Below are positions 14,361 through 16,335 of a stretch of 16,335 nt of DNA, in pieces; positions within the stretch are counted from its first letter, which is position 1; each line of letters starts with the position of its first letter. The notes beneath the pieces were generated by a model. That model did no database searches. It saw only the letters and a list, made by a program, of their open reading frames with translations, and was not told the DNA's origin. The position numbers and the translations under genes were made by a program. The stretch is from an uncultured bacterium (GTDB lineage: Bacteria > Abyssobacteria > SURF-5), in the NCBI GenBank assembly GCA_964607485.1, contig CAZSKP010000031.1, positions 34,172 through 50,506 on the forward strand, written 5' to 3'.

Positions 14361-15476
14361 TTATCGCATGGGCAGAGTCGTTCCCGGCGTTGGGGGTAGT
14401 TGCGGCATTATCTGCTTTGGGAAGTCACCGGTGAGGGTCGAAAGGAATTCGACGATGTTACTCGCCTCATCGTCACTCAAGTCTCTATTCAACTGAGTCT
14501 TCCCCATGACAAGGACTGCCGTATGCAGGTCTTGAACGGAGCCATTGTGGAAGTAAGGCGCCGTCAGCTCAATGTTTCTCCATGTTTGCACAATCCATCG
14601 ATGCTTGTCCTCGTCTTTCTTGGTGACTCTATACCGGCCCAAGTCGGCGAGGAGATGGTAGTCGGTCACATAGTGGTTATCTGTAAACGTAGGGAATGTC
14701 TGGAAGAACCCTTGCCCCATTGGCTGTGAAGGCCCGCTGAAGTTGGGTCCGTTGTGGCAGGCGACGCAGCCCACTGACCTGACCAGCTCCATGCCTTTCT
14801 GTGCTGCGGGTGATATGGCCTTCTCGTCGCCTTTCAGGAAGCGGTCAAAAGGACCGTTTGGAGTGATCAATGTTCGCTCGTATGAGGCGATGGCGTTGGC
14901 AATATTCTCGACTGTGACGGGGTTCTCACCGCCGAAGACTTTTTCGAATTCGACGACGTAACCCGGAATCTGTTTGATGTTGCCGAGAAGTGTATCCGGG
15001 TTGGTACCCATTTCGACAGGATTGAACAACGGCCCCGTCGCCTGTTCTTCGAGACTTGATGCTCGGCCATCCCAGAATTGCGCGGTCTTAAAGGCTGCGT
15101 TCCACACCGTTGGGTCCTGGCGGTCACCATCAATCTTTCCAAAGACACCCACAGGAACATCGAGGTTGCTCGTTCCGCTGGACATTACGTTATGGCAAGA
15201 TTGGCAAGAGATGGTCCCATTTATGGAGAGACGTGAATCAAAGTAGAGCTGCTTCCCGAGCTCAATCTTTGCCGGGCTCATGACATTGTTTTCAGGAATC
15301 GGCGGCGTTTCGGGTAATGCTTCAAAACCCGACGTGTCCGGTTTGGCCTGCTGAACCGCTTGCGCTGTTTCGGGCGTGAGCTGTTCGGCCTCAACTGCAG
15401 TGAACTGCGCACAAGCCAACACAGTCCCGACAGCAATCGCGATGAAAAACGCCAACATCATTTCATGTTTCCTCAT
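14361..15476 (-). CDS. Di-haem cytochrome c peroxidase (bCcP/MauG superfamily), periplasmic (371 aa)
   Basis: Start reassigned to ATG 15476 (RBS GGAGGTG). Has a signal peptide, LGKQLYFDSRLS, two haem motifs (CQSCH, CVACH), QFWDGRA, EEQATGP..NPVEMG, RNIELTAPYFHNGS and a distal Met in AVLVMGKTQL. Confidence 0.92.
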   Translation of the reverse strand: MRKHEMMLAFFIAIAVGTVLACAQFTAVEAEQLTPETAQAVQQAKPDTSGFEALPETPPIPENNVMSPAKIELGKQLYFDSRLSINGTISCQSCHNVMSSGTSNLDVPVGVFGKIDGDRQDPTVWNAAFKTAQFWDGRASSLEEQATGPLFNPVEMGTNPDTLLGNIKQIPGYVVEFEKVFGGENPVTVENIANAIASYERTLITPNGPFDRFLKGDEKAISPAAQKGMELVRSVGCVACHNGPNFSGPSQPMGQGFFQTFPTFTDNHYVTDYHLLADLGRYRVTKKDEDKHRWIVQTWRNIELTAPYFHNGSVQDLHTAVLVMGKTQLNRDLSDDEASNIVEFLSTLTGDFPKQIMPQLPPTPGTTLPMR

Positions 15477-15736
15477 GCCTGCACCTCCACACGTTGACTC
15501 TCTCCCTGTTGGGGTTTGACGCAAGTCGATAACATCATGTTCCTTAGCTCTCGCTCGCCAAGAATGATTCCGCTCCTACATCTAGAAATGGTCAATCACG
15601 ACCTCGCCCGTCGGGGACTCAGACAAGACGGGAAAAGTAAATCGGCAGAAATGAACGATACGTACAGACAAATTCTTCCCTCTCTTTTGGCTGGTTCGGA
15701 GTATGGCAATGCCATCATCAGATATAGGCCAAAAGA

Positions 15737-15765
15737 ACTATGTACTTGATTGTCCTTGATGTCAA
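15737..15765 (-). promoter_or_regulatory. Candidate sigma-70 promoter for the peroxidase gene
   Basis: Minus strand TTGACA (15765-15760), 17-nt spacer, CATAGT (15742-15737). It would imply a leader of about 250 nt. Confidence 0.45.
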
Positions 15766-15854
15766 GTCCACCCCCGGTTGCGCCGCTGGATCTTTGGGCG
15801 AGTCGTCGGAAACTCGGGTTGCTTTCTCGCGGATATAGTTTCCTGCTTGCGGAA

Positions 15855-15870
15855 TGGTGAAACGTTTGCT
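15855..15870 (+). promoter_or_regulatory. Candidate sigma-54 promoter for the divergent cytochrome c gene
   Basis: TGGTGAAACGTTTGCT fits TGG-N10-GC with TTGCT. The CAC of the -24 box is not matched. Confidence 0.3.
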
Positions 15871-16116
15871 ATGGTTGTCTTTGCGGCACTTTCATAAGCG
15901 ATAGCCGCACGTAACCTAATGTTTGACGCGCTTTTTCACCCAAGAAAGTCGATTGTGTAAGTACGCGTACTGCTGATTTTGGTCATGCCAGTATTTGCTG
16001 CAAGATCAGGTATATCCGTGTATGCAACAAACAGCGGAGGATTCAAACATGTGGATGAGGCAAGGGATGGGAGAAGTGGGCCACACGAATGACATGTGTG
16101 ACCGGAGGGTGAGGAA

Positions 16117-16335
16117 ATGATAAAAGCCAAGAGGTCCGTCGTCCTGATTGTCAGTCTTTCTCTAGCACTTGTGGTTGGGGTTGCGACTATTGTTCTTTCC
16201 GCCGAAGTCGCGCCGCCTTCCAAAGAGGGTTCTCCTGATAAGGGGAAGGCAATATTCGAGCAGAAGTGCACCGTGTGCCATACCATTGGGGGAGGGAAGA
16301 AGATGGGGCCGGACCTCAAGGGAGTGACGGAAAGG
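16117..16335 (+). CDS. c-type cytochrome (class I-like), 3'-truncated; absent from the ORF track
   Basis: Translates as MIKAKRSVVLIVSLSLALVVGVATIVLSAEVAPPSKEGSPDKGKAIFEQKCTVCHTIGGGKKMGPDLKGVTER. Shows a signal/anchor helix, GKAIF..KCTVCH and GPDL, with RBS GGAGGGTGAGG upstream. Confidence 0.9.
   Translation, partial: MIKAKRSVVLIVSLSLALVVGVATIVLSAEVAPPSKEGSPDKGKAIFEQKCTVCHTIGGGKKMGPDLKGVTER

Noticed and set aside
11322-15246. Small overlapping ORFs on or opposite the SDR, EEP, VOC and peroxidase genes
   Set aside because: They overlap well-supported genes and show no recognisable motifs or RBS.
15516-15749. 77-aa plus-strand ORF and a ~40-codon minus-strand uORF in the intergenic region
   Set aside because: No convincing RBS or protein-like motif; the region is better explained as regulatory DNA.
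15960-15971. Perfect 12-bp palindrome AGTACGCGTACT
   Set aside because: A few such palindromes are expected by chance in 16 kb, and it matches no operator I recognise.
15936-16319. 127-aa minus-strand ORF
   Set aside because: It is antisense to the clear CxxCH cytochrome c frame.

Overview
GC-rich bacterial genomic window from a diderm. Positions <3-11126 (+) hold the C-terminal >=3,700 aa of a giant type Va autotransporter: about 49 Gly/Ala/Ser/Asp-rich repeats of 35-80 aa, a recent 432-bp tandem expansion, three copies of an unrelated ~77-aa domain inserted into the repeats, and a C-terminal beta-barrel. Four minus-strand genes converge on it, each with its own candidate promoter: a UcpA-like SDR, a secreted SH3b + DNase I-like (EEP) protein, a VOC/glyoxalase-family metalloprotein and a di-haem cytochrome c peroxidase-family protein. 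A divergent, truncated c-type cytochrome gene missed by the ORF track starts at 16117. The most notable observations are: (1) the DNase I-like protein keeps the fold motifs but has replaced three catalytic residues (E39G, E78K, H134E by manual alignment), suggesting a repurposed pseudo-nuclease; (2) the three inserted domains sit at three different loop positions of the autotransporter repeat; (3) a 21-bp, strand-specific, possibly bistable RNA hairpin follows the peroxidase gene; (4) the peroxidase has non-canonical distal-loop and Ca-site residues. No rRNA, tRNA, CRISPR array or mobile element was recognised. All family calls come from motif recognition by eye, not database searches.
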